A DNA stretch of 51,430 nt from a virus. Taxonomy: Duplodnaviria > Caudoviricetes. Shown here piece by piece: positions 27,304 through 37,545 of this stretch (its first letter is position 1; every line of letters starts with the position of its first letter). The notes beneath the pieces were generated by a model. That model had not been told where the DNA came from. It did no database searches and worked only from the letters and a program-made list of their open reading frames with translations. The position numbers were made by a program, and so were the translations under genes. Location: the IMG/VR virus record IMGVR_UViG_3300049917_000136, positions 1 through 51,430 of that record. One strand, given 5' to 3'.

Positions 27304-30045
27304 TTACGGCCCCGCACTTGCTTGTGAGCCAATGATGGTAATTCTGGCTTCAACATCATATCCACCAGTAAGATCTACTCCGTTTTCAGTTTGTAAGCCA
27401 AGATCGAAATAATCACCAGGCGACAAATTGGAGCCAAGATTCACGATATAGCGCAACATGACACAGCCATCATCAGGAAGTTCTACACTCGGTACTTGAT
27501 CTACAGTAAGCTGTGTAGAGCCGTCAGTAACAGTACATGAACCCGTAAGCCGTGTCGTCGTGGTTCCACTATTGAGAAGTGAATTCGGGCTATTGGCCCC
27601 CCACATCCATATGCCATCGGCTGTTTCAGCATTAGGCACTTGGATTCGCGTAGCAGACCCATTTTTTCTATAGGTGAGTTTGAACGCAGTCAAATCACAG
27701 GCTGCTCCTGGCTCGCAATGCACTTGGAACACCGTCGCAATGGCACCATTTAGGACCACCGATTTTGCACTATTCACTGCTCCGAAATTCGTGGGGCTGC
27801 CACCACTTTCTGGTAAATACACGGCTTGATGCTGGATCGCAACTTGGGCCAATGTCCCCACCGCAGTGGGAGGAGTTGATGCTTGGAACGCAGTAAACAA
27901 TGCAGCGGGATCTTCAAGCGAGGTATACAACAAGAATTCATCATACGTATCTGACACCGCATTATTCGCTGTTAAGCTGCCAATTCGTAAATCTGTGAAA
28001 AATGTATAGGAAGTATATGTTCTAACCGCGCCGCCATTTCCAGCCACTCCATCCTTATACAGAGTGACGGTATCGGTGCCGCTATTCCACCGGGCTACAA
28101 GGTGATTCCACCCTGAAGTGATAGCCAAATTCGATGCAGGTGTTGACGTGCAACTTGTGCTTTGGATTACCATTTTCCATGTTCCGCCATTCCCACAAAT
28201 ATACCCGCGTTGGTTCGTACCAATATCGGGTCCTAACGGAAATCGTAACGCGTTTTCAGTACCAGCCGGAACGAACACACCAATTGCCCAAGTCATGCTC
28301 TGTGTTGTCGGATTGACCCCGCTTCCCCAGGGAATAGCACAATGCTGTTGCGTGCCAGTGGCTGTGGTCATACCCGTCCCAGTTTTTCCTGTGCCCCATG
28401 TCGGTCCGTTCGTGAACGTACAATCTAGGTTATTGGCCGTTTCATCTTGAGCTGTCGTGCCTGCTCCTTCGTTGAATTTATAGTGAATATGCAGCCCACC
28501 TGGTTCTGGCGTAGGCCCAACCCCATCACACTGGTTAGTGACAGGGATATTCGTAAAAGAAAAGATCTTTTGATGGAGTCCTGGATATGGCCCAATGTTA
28601 TCATTCCCGGTCCACGTACCCGTTGCGCTGTTGTAACTGATTGTCACTGCATCTGCATGTGACACACACGCATTACCTGTGATACCAGAAAGGGTGATTT
28701 CAACTTGTGAATCTGTTCCACTAGGACGAGTGACAGTACTGACTACATCTGTTCCTGGGCATACATTTACTGTGCAATTTACAGTCACCCCTGCTGTTGA
28801 GAGATTTTGGATGGGGACCGCATTACTCATCGGAAACGTCAAGGTAATTTTGTTCGCGGTAATGGAAGCAATGGGGGTTCCAACTGTGTCGAACGCTCCG
28901 ACTGTGTTGGTTGCATTGTGCGAAAATTCATTAACACGGGCCATCCCGATAGCAGGGCTGGAACTTGACGCAAGCCGCCAGTCTGGAGAAGCCGGGAGCG
29001 AATTAGACCCACCATCGACAAAGCCAGGATTCAATGTAGTAACATTGCCGGATTGTGTGACAAATGAGCATGGCTGCGCACAACTGCCCCCAATAAACTG
29101 TGTGCCGCCAGAACCACTAGCATACGCCAAATTATTACGTACCGTGATGCCTAATGAACTACCGGCCCCATAAAACTCAATCCCGTTCTGGGCGGTATCG
29201 TACTCAACCGCATTTTCATAAAAGATATTGTTTTCATACCGCGAATTGTCAGCAAGGCCACCCCAGACGACGACCGCGCCGCGTTGATTGCTATAGGCAA
29301 AGGTGTTGTTGGCCACGATCCAATTTGCTGCGCCGGAAAATTCTGGGCCTGCAAATTTTGTGGGGTCATAGGCGGAACTACTGGACCCATTATGGGTAAT
29401 CCCGTAAGAGAGATTGCCGTAAAACAGATTATTCGTAACGACAAAGCCCATACCATGTGAATACAAACCATGATGAAGATTGCACACATACGGTGGTATC
29501 GGATCAGCAGCACATCCAGCAAACCATCCGTTATGGTTCACAATATTACGATCGACTAAAATTCTCGTCCCACCACCAACCATGCCCATAAATTTGTTAT
29601 CGTGTATCCAATTCCTTCTGATTGTTGCATCATGTAAGTTGTACCATTTGATGCCATCGTGCCCGTTCGTAATTTCAAACCCTTCAACTGTGATCCAGCC
29701 TATCGCTAGATTAAAGCCCCCTGCATTTCGCATCTCTATTCGATGCCCGGCATCCGGATCGTTAAACACGATTGTTGGAGCATGGCCAGGATAATTTAGG
29801 AGCTTGATCGGGGATGCTTGCGTTCCTGATCGTCTAAACAGAATAAGGCCTTCGTTGTAGGTCCCATTTTTTACATAGGTCGTATCCCCAGTCAACATTG
29901 TCGTAACGGCATGGGCCACGGTCAGAAAAGGCGTAGCCTCTGACGTGCCGTTATTGCTATTGCTCCCGGTTGGGTCCACATAGTAGGTCGTCGCCCATAC
30001 AGGAGAAGTCATCATGAGAAGTAAAAATAAAATACCCTGAATCAA
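27304..30045 (-). CDS. Signal-peptide-bearing beta-helix (DUF1565/pectate-lyase-like) plus LamG adhesin / putative tailspike
   Basis: Signal ending VWA; TTYYV...GT...PF; parallel beta-helix repeats; LamG-like YKFNEGAGTTAQD...WNHLV...YKDG...DE. Confidence 0.8.
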   Translation of the reverse strand: MIQGILFLLLMMTSPVWATTYYVDPTGSNSNNGTSEATPFLTVAHAVTTMLTGDTTYVKNGTYNEGLILFRRSGTQASPIKLLNYPGHAPTIVFNDPDAGHRIEMRNAGGFNLAIGWITVEGFEITNGHDGIKWYNLHDATIRRNWIHDNKFMGMVGGGTRILVDRNIVNHNGWFAGCAADPIPPYVCNLHHGLYSHGMGFVVTNNLFYGNLSYGITHNGSSSSAYDPTKFAGPEFSGAANWIVANNTFAYSNQRGAVVVWGGLADNSRYENNIFYENAVEYDTAQNGIEFYGAGSSLGITVRNNLAYASGSGGTQFIGGSCAQPCSFVTQSGNVTTLNPGFVDGGSNSLPASPDWRLASSSSPAIGMARVNEFSHNATNTVGAFDTVGTPIASITANKITLTFPMSNAVPIQNLSTAGVTVNCTVNVCPGTDVVSTVTRPSGTDSQVEITLSGITGNACVSHADAVTISYNSATGTWTGNDNIGPYPGLHQKIFSFTNIPVTNQCDGVGPTPEPGGLHIHYKFNEGAGTTAQDETANNLDCTFTNGPTWGTGKTGTGMTTATGTQQHCAIPWGSGVNPTTQSMTWAIGVFVPAGTENALRFPLGPDIGTNQRGYICGNGGTWKMVIQSTSCTSTPASNLAITSGWNHLVARWNSGTDTVTLYKDGVAGNGGAVRTYTSYTFFTDLRIGSLTANNAVSDTYDEFLLYTSLEDPAALFTAFQASTPPTAVGTLAQVAIQHQAVYLPESGGSPTNFGAVNSAKSVVLNGAIATVFQVHCEPGAACDLTAFKLTYRKNGSATRIQVPNAETADGIWMWGANSPNSLLNSGTTTTRLTGSCTVTDGSTQLTVDQVPSVELPDDGCVMLRYIVNLGSNLSPGDYFDLGLQTENGVDLTGGYDVEARITIIGSQASAGP

Positions 30046-31181
30046 GGCACCCTCCTCCGCAAAACTCCAGTTACACTTGCTACCGTAATATCTTGTGCGC
30101 CAAAATTGTCTAATGTACAGCCGCCCGAGGCCGAATCGGAAAAGTACCGAATCCCCGCATAGGTTCCGCTGGCAATGGCTGAATCAGTCGCGGTATTGAG
30201 CGCGACGCCGTTCACCTTCCCGGTGATAGTGGTCCCATTCGCTGAGACCAAATTGATGTCATTGGCCACCCAATTTGTTGTATCCGTGTCTAACTGTGTG
30301 GATGCACCCGCCACTGTTTTACTCAGTGTCGTCGCGTTCAGTTCACCAGAATTGTTGATTTGTACGAACTGCCGATAAAATGTCTGTGCAGACCCATCGT
30401 TACGGGTGAAAACGCTACAGGTCGTATTAGTCCCGCTGCCGCCCGTCGTAACATTGACCACCGTGGCCCACGCCTCGTTATCGTTTGACGCAAGTGTATG
30501 ATCGGCAAAATTGATCGACGTGGCAGAACCAGCAGCAGTTGCGGTATTGGATACGATGTCAAATGCTGTTCCTGAAATAGAGTTCCATGTGAGTACACAC
30601 GTCAAAGATGCGTTGTCCGCACAATTCCATGTTTCGGTGGAGAGGACAGTTGCCCACGCATCGTTTGACGAGAATGCCGATTTCCCTAATGCAGTCCCCC
30701 AAAGATAGGACGCCATCATGAAGCCCCTGTATCGAACATCGGTCTCCCATGTGGCGGCAGTTTTGACGGGTTCCTGTGTTTTTCCTAGATAGATATCGTA
30801 TGAACCAGACTTAGGATTAGCTGGTAATATGGGGATGACCAGCTCTTTAATCGCTGCCTCAACCGTCGTTCCAACAATGGTTTTGCTCGTTGCGGCTAAC
30901 AGCTCACTCTTCGTTTGTGAGGTTAAAGTTGCTTTTCTGGTACTCCCAATAACCACCACTCCGGTCATATTGACGGGAAGATTGTTGGATTCACAGAGCA
31001 TATACCCTGTTGCTTGAGTCGAATCAGCACGGAGATCAACACCACGCCCACCCGGTATCCCAAAACAACGAGATTTGAATGGATTAGCGTCTGTCCCCGT
31101 TCCGTCAACAGGTGAGAGATACACTTCAGCCTGAACTGGATATGCTAAAATAAACAGCAAAAATGCGAAACGAACGATCAA
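30042..31181 (-). CDS. Signal-peptide-bearing protein with C-terminal ConA-like beta-sandwich
   Basis: Signal ending VQA; ...GTYAGI...LDNF C-terminus. Confidence 0.7.
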   Translation of the reverse strand: MIVRFAFLLFILAYPVQAEVYLSPVDGTGTDANPFKSRCFGIPGGRGVDLRADSTQATGYMLCESNNLPVNMTGVVVIGSTRKATLTSQTKSELLAATSKTIVGTTVEAAIKELVIPILPANPKSGSYDIYLGKTQEPVKTAATWETDVRYRGFMMASYLWGTALGKSAFSSNDAWATVLSTETWNCADNASLTCVLTWNSISGTAFDIVSNTATAAGSATSINFADHTLASNDNEAWATVVNVTTGGSGTNTTCSVFTRNDGSAQTFYRQFVQINNSGELNATTLSKTVAGASTQLDTDTTNWVANDINLVSANGTTITGKVNGVALNTATDSAIASGTYAGIRYFSDSASGGCTLDNFGAQDITVASVTGVLRRRVP

Positions 31182-32110
31182 TGGGCAACCCTCCAGGTTC
31201 GGCCAACTTTCATCAAATGAGCATCACCTGTCATATCATCTGTCACAGCACCTCCATTGGCATCACGAGAGATACGCACATAGATATGATCTCGAGCCGC
31301 ACATGACGTACAGGTTACGCCTGATATAGTGGCGTGGTTTTCTTGAAGTGTCGTTCCCTTTGCCGTATCAGATACGCAGTTTCCTGATGCTTGTGCAGGG
31401 AACGCTGGATCTGAGGTGGACGCATCTGCAACGCGAATCAACTGGGCACACCACCCAGTTGCACCAGAAGTAGCTGCGGCTTTCCAAATAAAATGGATAT
31501 CAATAGAACCAGTCCACCCAGTTGGTAAAACCCAATCCATATAAATGGCTTCATCCGTTGTGGCATCAAACGAAGCATAGCCCTTTTGTGTGTTAGAACC
31601 CGTATCACACGCAGCCGCTGGATACGTCGCTGTAATAAGATTCCAGATGTGTGAAGCTGTTGATTCTTGGCAGGCAACTAAATCAAACCAGTCTTCTTCT
31701 GTCAGTGTAATGGTATTACCTGTTGACTCTCCATTCAGCGTTACATTTGTCAAGGCACCAGTAGACTCAGTAACAGTAAAGATAGCGGTACTGCTTGAAT
31801 TCTGGACCTCGAATGTCTTCCCAGAGGCCAATTTGCGAATATAGTTGCAATCGTTTTCTACCCCAGCCACGACACACACGATGTACAACCCATTCGTAGG
31901 GTCACGGCCAATTGCCCACCAATCTGTTCCATTCCCAATCTTTGCAGCGGTTGCAATCGCAGCGGCCCAGGTAATACCGTCATCAACATTGACCGTTGGC
32001 CACCCAGATACACCACCCCCACCGCCACCGCCACCGAAGATAACCTGAGCTTCGCTGGTTGACGTGTGTAAAAGAATACAAAGGATAAGGCCAAAAACAA
32101 ACTTAGACAT
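31178..32110 (-). CDS. Signal-peptide-bearing structural-type protein
   Basis: MSKFVFGLILCILLHTSTSEA, poly-Gly, then a fibre-tip-like FDATTDE...DDMTGDA domain. Confidence 0.7.
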   Translation of the reverse strand: MSKFVFGLILCILLHTSTSEAQVIFGGGGGGGGVSGWPTVNVDDGITWAAAIATAAKIGNGTDWWAIGRDPTNGLYIVCVVAGVENDCNYIRKLASGKTFEVQNSSSTAIFTVTESTGALTNVTLNGESTGNTITLTEEDWFDLVACQESTASHIWNLITATYPAAACDTGSNTQKGYASFDATTDEAIYMDWVLPTGWTGSIDIHFIWKAAATSGATGWCAQLIRVADASTSDPAFPAQASGNCVSDTAKGTTLQENHATISGVTCTSCAARDHIYVRISRDANGGAVTDDMTGDAHLMKVGRTWRVAH

Positions 32111-33131
32111 TTTGTGGCCTCGCTTTACGCATATTTCCATAAAGCCGAACACCAGCATCCGTATAAAACATTGGTCCCTTCACGCCCAATTTCTCGTTGG
32201 ACCGTGTGAGATACACCATGCCACGCGGATCTGTACCCGCTACGGCTGCATAGCACCCACGTTCAAAATAAATAGGACCGCCCACACTAGTTTGAGCAAC
32301 AGCCGAGAGATCGACGGTCGGGGTGGTATCGTTTATATTCGCTGTATCGGTATCGTACAAAATAAATGTTTCATCACCGTTTGCGATAGAAACCAGCGTG
32401 GCTCCTTCAATATGCCCAGGCCCAACAAATAGATGCCCAGATTGAATAACATGAATACCGTGTTCTGGAAACCGCTGACGATAGGGGTACATCCGACTGG
32501 TATTGAACCCGAAATGATCGTAATAAATTGCCCCTAGTGTAGTAGAGAGGGTATTCTGTGAACCCAGGACACCCTGCCCAATGGCAGCTGCGTTGTCCAA
32601 CGAAGTTAGGGAAATCACTGAAGCCCCATCAAGATAGAGCGTAAATACACCAGCATCTGACGTACTACACGTATACAATGCCTCAACACAGACCCATTTC
32701 TTACGCCCAGGCCATTGCACATACGAACTCGGGGCTGTTCCGTCGCCAATGCCGATTTCTATCAACTGTGTTGAATTTGTGACACGAAATCCGATTGATC
32801 CCTCAACCGTTCCACCGGCTTGCTGGAATTCAAACACATTAAATACATCGTCGGCAGTAAACCGAAAATCACCAGATAAACCCATGTAGAATTTAACGTA
32901 GGCTGTTCCCGCATCAGCAATATCAATACTCCCTTCGGTAAGGGTATGGTCATTCGTATCACCAAGCAGATTCCGCATCACATACGCCCCACGATACGGC
33001 ATCAAACTATTGGGATCGGAGGCGACCACAGAGTAGTGTGGGAAATCCAGCAAACTTCCAGTATCCGTCTCGGAATCAAACCCGCCCAAGGTCCCGGCTT
33101 CAAAATTTTCAAAAAACGTGTAATACGCCAT
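32103..33131 (-). CDS. Structural protein with ConA/lectin-like fold
   Basis: ENFEAG...WVCVE...LYLDG...YYD pattern; position in the virion operon. Confidence 0.6.
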   Translation of the reverse strand: MAYYTFFENFEAGTLGGFDSETDTGSLLDFPHYSVVASDPNSLMPYRGAYVMRNLLGDTNDHTLTEGSIDIADAGTAYVKFYMGLSGDFRFTADDVFNVFEFQQAGGTVEGSIGFRVTNSTQLIEIGIGDGTAPSSYVQWPGRKKWVCVEALYTCSTSDAGVFTLYLDGASVISLTSLDNAAAIGQGVLGSQNTLSTTLGAIYYDHFGFNTSRMYPYRQRFPEHGIHVIQSGHLFVGPGHIEGATLVSIANGDETFILYDTDTANINDTTPTVDLSAVAQTSVGGPIYFERGCYAAVAGTDPRGMVYLTRSNEKLGVKGPMFYTDAGVRLYGNMRKARPQNV

Positions 33132-33136
33132 TAAAC

Positions 33137-33883
33137 TTAAGCTCCTTCAAACGGAACTGATTCACCCTCGGAAGGGCTGACAGGATCATTCATTCCGCCT
33201 TTGGCTGCACGAGCTGATGCAAGTCGTTCGGTCAGAATGCGCTTCTGTTCCTCAGTTCTCGGTAGTGTACGTTTATCAACTTTTTCTGCTTCAACTTGCT
33301 TGGCCTGAGCCAAGGCACTATTGGGGGCATGTTTAAAGATCAGATCCCAGACTTCCTGTGGAATCCCGCCGTACGCCATATGCCCGTTTATCTGGGCATC
33401 ACCACGAAAACGGTCCATCTGTCCTTCTGGCCGTAGACGTTCAAAGTTGGCCAGGTCCTTATCGCTGGAATCAGGCTCCAGCATGATCTGGGCATTCTTC
33501 CACTCTAGGACAGCTTTCTTATTCGCCTTCTCCCACTTAATCCAACGATCCACCATCCCGGCAGGATTCTTCCGCATTTCCTCCTGAGTTGGCATGCCAT
33601 TGACAATCTTTTCCTCGATTTCCTTACACCGCTTGGCAATCTTATCTTTGGCCCCGCCTGAAAGTTCCTTGGGGCTGTTATCGTTTAGTTGCTTTTTCAA
33701 ACTCCGTGCGCGTGACGATGCCGCCTGAGCATCGATAGAATTCTTATGGCGAAAGGGGTTCATGGGATGAAGCGCGAGATCAAGCGATTCCACTTCAGCT
33801 TTCAATTCCTCTCGCTGGTTGTACCGTAACAACGGTTCTTTCGGGATCGTCACTTCATCTTCTTTCACAATAACGTTCGCCAT
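33137..33883 (-). CDS. Hypothetical helical protein
   Basis: GGAG RBS before MANVIV; charged and helical. Confidence 0.7.
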   Translation of the reverse strand: MANVIVKEDEVTIPKEPLLRYNQREELKAEVESLDLALHPMNPFRHKNSIDAQAASSRARSLKKQLNDNSPKELSGGAKDKIAKRCKEIEEKIVNGMPTQEEMRKNPAGMVDRWIKWEKANKKAVLEWKNAQIMLEPDSSDKDLANFERLRPEGQMDRFRGDAQINGHMAYGGIPQEVWDLIFKHAPNSALAQAKQVEAEKVDKRTLPRTEEQKRILTERLASARAAKGGMNDPVSPSEGESVPFEGA

Positions 33884-33899
33884 ATCTCTATCTCCTAAA

Positions 33900-34346
33900 T
33901 TATGGTTTAGTAACCGCAGGTACACCGATAGCTGTATGGAGTGATAGTATGTCCTGAGTCACCACACTCCCGGCCCCGATCATGGCTCCCCGGCCTATAC
34001 GCACACCGGGAAGAATCACGGCTCCAGCCCCGACAGAACATTCGTCTTCTAAAACAGGTGGGTTTGGTCGATAGGGCATCCCGGCTTTGGGGTACTTATC
34101 ATCTGTCAGCGACACGTTTGGGCCCACAAATACCGACCGGCCAACCACAGTATTGTTAGGAATAAAAGCTCCATGCTGTATGCGTGTATAATTGCCAAGG
34201 TGAACCCCACGGCCAATCCAAGCATTAGAGCCGATAACAACACCATCACCGAGTACCGCACCTTCGCATATAGTGGCATATTGCCAGACAACACAGTTTT
34301 CTCCGAATACAACTGACTCATGAATGGTAGCTTTATCGGAGAGCAT
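33900..34346 (-). CDS. Hexapeptide-repeat (left-handed beta-helix) sugar N/O-acetyltransferase
   Basis: Repeated [LIV]G-x-x-x-x units; FVGPNV, TDDKYP, VGAGAVILPGVRIG, GVPA. Confidence 0.9.
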   Translation of the reverse strand: MLSDKATIHESVVFGENCVVWQYATICEGAVLGDGVVIGSNAWIGRGVHLGNYTRIQHGAFIPNNTVVGRSVFVGPNVSLTDDKYPKAGMPYRPNPPVLEDECSVGAGAVILPGVRIGRGAMIGAGSVVTQDILSLHTAIGVPAVTKP

Positions 34347-35085
34347 GGATATCGGGCAGCCGTTTCTTGCCGGTGTTGAGATCTTTGATACCCTTCAAAT
34401 CAGGTAGGATCATCACCTTCCCGCCTGTTTTAATGGCAGGGGTATACTTCCCCTCATGTTTACGGGCAGTCACACCCATGATGAAAAAGTGATCAAAGAT
34501 GATATTTTGGTCAACCCAAACCGTGAACCCCTTCTTCTGGAGTTCGTGACAAAAGTACATATCTTCTTGGAGGCGACCTGGATCAAGTTGACCACACTTA
34601 AACCAAGGGTCTCCAATGGCATCAAGGACATGCTTCTTCACCAACATCCCTGCTTGTCCAATGAAATCCCCGAATGGGAGAGCCATCAAGCCATCGCCTG
34701 ATAACTCATCCCATTCATAGAGTTCCATATTGGGATGCCAAATACGCTCCCCATCCTGTGGACCATGGAGCACACAAGGCGTAAAAGGAGCAATCTTTAT
34801 TGGCGAAATTGGCACAACTACATCTACGTCATGATCCAAGAGCTTCGTGAGTGTATCGGGGGCAAATTCGTGATCATCCCCCAAAAACCACACCCAATCC
34901 CCTGTTGCCTTACGAAGTCCGCTGTTGAAGTTATCAACAACAGAACACCCACGTTCCATAAGGTAGCGTGTTCCTTTGGGGACCACTAATCCTTCCATAG
35001 AATTGGTATATTCGTAATACCGAGGCTGAGCCGCCGACGCGAGAATGATTGTCCCCGCACCATGCTTGGATATGACGTGTTGCAT
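34333..35085 (-). CDS. GT-A fold glycosyltransferase (GT2-like)
   Basis: WVWFLGDDH (DxD-like), GMLVKKHV..IGDPWF, EDMYFC. Confidence 0.85.
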   Translation of the reverse strand: MQHVISKHGAGTIILASAAQPRYYEYTNSMEGLVVPKGTRYLMERGCSVVDNFNSGLRKATGDWVWFLGDDHEFAPDTLTKLLDHDVDVVVPISPIKIAPFTPCVLHGPQDGERIWHPNMELYEWDELSGDGLMALPFGDFIGQAGMLVKKHVLDAIGDPWFKCGQLDPGRLQEDMYFCHELQKKGFTVWVDQNIIFDHFFIMGVTARKHEGKYTPAIKTGGKVMILPDLKGIKDLNTGKKRLPDIHALR

Positions 35086-36050
35086 TAGGCCGACCCTGTA
35101 ACAGCACCGCTGGTTGTGGTTGCGAGATAGCATTCCGCACAATAGATATCAGCGGTTGCGCTCGCTTCAAACCCATCTGAACCAGCCGGGAAGTAGCACC
35201 GATAAGCCTGGTGTCCACCATCCGTTGTGGCTCCCGTCACATCGATACAATCGGTCATGACGGTTCCTGAACCCTGAGTAATGAAATCGCAATCCCTGAA
35301 ATGGTTCCCCATGGAACCAGCAAGCGTGACTTCGATTACGTCATCCCAAGCCGTAGTACCGGCAAGGTAAAAGGTACTCGATTCAATCGAACAACCGATA
35401 AGCGTTCCGGCAGCACGAATAGCAGGGCCTTGGTTGTCAGAAACATACCAATAGCAATTCCGAATGATTGAATCGTCATTGGCAGTGGTCGTTCCGGTTC
35501 CGAGAGGGAATGAAATCCCAAACGTTGCGGTATTTGTCGCAGTCGTCATGTTGAACGTGCAATCATGCACATAGGCACGATCTGCTGCGTTTGAAATGCT
35601 AATAGCCGCCGCACCAGCAACAGGAATAACGTGTAGATACGCAATCTCAACATCTGCCGCAGTCACCGTGAACACATCTGTTGATGCCGTTGACGTGGTA
35701 ACGGATACGCGCATTTTCGACCCACCAGCCGCCATATGACGGGCTGCATGTCGAGCCCCACCCATTAAGCCCACAATCGTAATCCCGGCAACATCCACGG
35801 TTATGGTCGTAGTCGTAGTATGGGAACCTGGCAGGAGAACAATCGTATCTCCCACGTTCGCCGTACATTTCCCTACTGCGTAATCAACCGTCAGAAAGGC
35901 TCTCTCAGGTGAGAGACCATCATTACTATCACTTGCAACGTAGTAATTCCCCTCCACGTAATACGAAGCGGAGGCCGCCACCCAAAAAATCTTACCGGAA
36001 GTCTGGGGAATCTGCCCCCAAAGTGTTCCGTATTTCGTCATAAATCCCAT
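35085..36050 (-). CDS. Beta-helix virion protein (head fibre/spike candidate)
   Basis: SDSNDGLSPERAF...GDTIVLLPG plus pectin-lyase-like repeats; close downstream of the capsid gene. Confidence 0.7.
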   Translation of the reverse strand: MGFMTKYGTLWGQIPQTSGKIFWVAASASYYVEGNYYVASDSNDGLSPERAFLTVDYAVGKCTANVGDTIVLLPGSHTTTTTITVDVAGITIVGLMGGARHAARHMAAGGSKMRVSVTTSTASTDVFTVTAADVEIAYLHVIPVAGAAAISISNAADRAYVHDCTFNMTTATNTATFGISFPLGTGTTTANDDSIIRNCYWYVSDNQGPAIRAAGTLIGCSIESSTFYLAGTTAWDDVIEVTLAGSMGNHFRDCDFITQGSGTVMTDCIDVTGATTDGGHQAYRCYFPAGSDGFEASATADIYCAECYLATTTSGAVTGSA

Positions 36051-36309
36051 AAAGAAAACTCCTTAATTGGCACGATTAAGCCAAGCCTGCATCACGCACC
36101 CCTGACGGGCTTATCGGCTTTCATTTAATGATAAAGATCTTGCTGCATCGTTGAGCGCATATTCGCAGCCCCAAGTGGTGCTGATATCACCATCCATTCA
36201 TCCGCTGTCCCGTTTTCGATGAACATCGTAAAGGACAATGGAAACCCCGTGGCCTGGTCGATAATGGCTTGCACCAAGTCGGCAATCAGCTCGCCTTGCT
36301 CTCGGCTAA

Positions 36310-36513
36310 TTAAAGCCCTTCGCTCTTGGGGTACATGTGGCATTTATAACCGCCAGCTCCACGATTTTTAGATTGCGCTTTCCCAGGCAACCCAGCACTT
36401 GGAAATGCTGGTTTTTCCTTCATTGAAGGAACCGACCCAGACTTTCCCTGGTGCCCACCTTCTGAGCCGCTAAGTTTCCGCTGACTGTTGGTTGTAAAAT
36501 ATCGATTGGCCAT
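36310..36513 (-). CDS. Small basic Gly/Ser/Lys-rich protein
   Basis: Coupled start (TAATG); GAGG RBS. Confidence 0.65.
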   Translation of the reverse strand: MANRYFTTNSQRKLSGSEGGHQGKSGSVPSMKEKPAFPSAGLPGKAQSKNRGAGGYKCHMYPKSEGL

Positions 36514-36630
36514 TAATAGCCTCGTTTCTTCCGCTTTGGCATACCAGGCCCCTTTAACTTTAAGTTAACGTGACCATTAAATTTGCTAGAGGACATGGAG
36601 GCCCCTTTCGAGGCCCCCAATCCCTTTGGC

Positions 36631-37545
36631 TTACGAAACGCTTGCACCGAGGATGCCCCTCCAGTCACGATACATATAGGAGAATCGTGCATAGGCTCTC
36701 CACTTGGCCACCAACGTATCCAACTCTTCCGCCATGGCGAACTCAATCGGTACACGGTCATACCAAATAAAGTAATCTTTCTGAGTCTTGCCATCGACCA
36801 GAAACCAGTTGTTGCTGTCGGTCAAATACTCCCAATCAAAAATCTCGTACATGCCGTGGCTAAAGTTGACGTTGTTATTCGCCGTATCAACCTTCCCCAA
36901 CGACTTGACGATTTCATGCGCCGTAGGATAGAGCGCCACAGGAACGATCAGCTTCGAGGGAAGGACGCTGATCTTCTTACCCACATCGTTGCGGAAATCC
37001 CGCATTTGGATGTAGGCCGCTTCCACCGACGTTGCACTCAACGAAGCTGTGGTAAGGTTGTCGAACCCAGAGGCAGTAGAGACACCTTCAGCATTCGTGG
37101 TATGGCTATCGCTACACAGCGCCACACCTTCACTGTTGCTATAGAACAAGCTATCCACAGAGAACGCATTATTAAACAGACGTGCTCCATACTCCTGACG
37201 AGTCTGGTGATACGCCCGCGCCAAGGCTTTCGGCTTCCCGGTCCACACCCCATGACGATCATCGTCATACAGTTCACGCTCGATCTGGATACCGTTCGAG
37301 AACGGAACGTGCGTGGTCGTGATGTCATAACCTTGTGCCATGCTCTGATACGTGACCGTACCAGTGAAGGGAGTAAAATTCGGCAACGCGCCACCCGATG
37401 ACGATTTTTCAAACGCCAACGAAGATGACTGCATGCTGAAGACTTCAGCAAGGCGGTCTTTTAACTGCTCATATTCGTCCTCAAAGAACTTGGTAACGGC
37501 AGGGTCGATGAGATCAAACCACTGCCCTTTTGTTGCTGCTGACAT
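36631..37545 (-). CDS. Major capsid protein (Mu gpT-like HK97 fold)
   Basis: ELYDDD, GVALCSDSH, P.KLIVP..L...A.EI and YLTDSNNWFL motifs. Confidence 0.88.
   Translation of the reverse strand: MSAATKGQWFDLIDPAVTKFFEDEYEQLKDRLAEVFSMQSSSLAFEKSSSGGALPNFTPFTGTVTYQSMAQGYDITTTHVPFSNGIQIERELYDDDRHGVWTGKPKALARAYHQTRQEYGARLFNNAFSVDSLFYSNSEGVALCSDSHTTNAEGVSTASGFDNLTTASLSATSVEAAYIQMRDFRNDVGKKISVLPSKLIVPVALYPTAHEIVKSLGKVDTANNNVNFSHGMYEIFDWEYLTDSNNWFLVDGKTQKDYFIWYDRVPIEFAMAEELDTLVAKWRAYARFSYMYRDWRGILGASVS

Noticed and set aside
36583-37401. 272-aa + strand ORF and other long antisense or alternate-frame ORFs
   Set aside because: They shadow well-supported genes such as the capsid and show no protein motifs.
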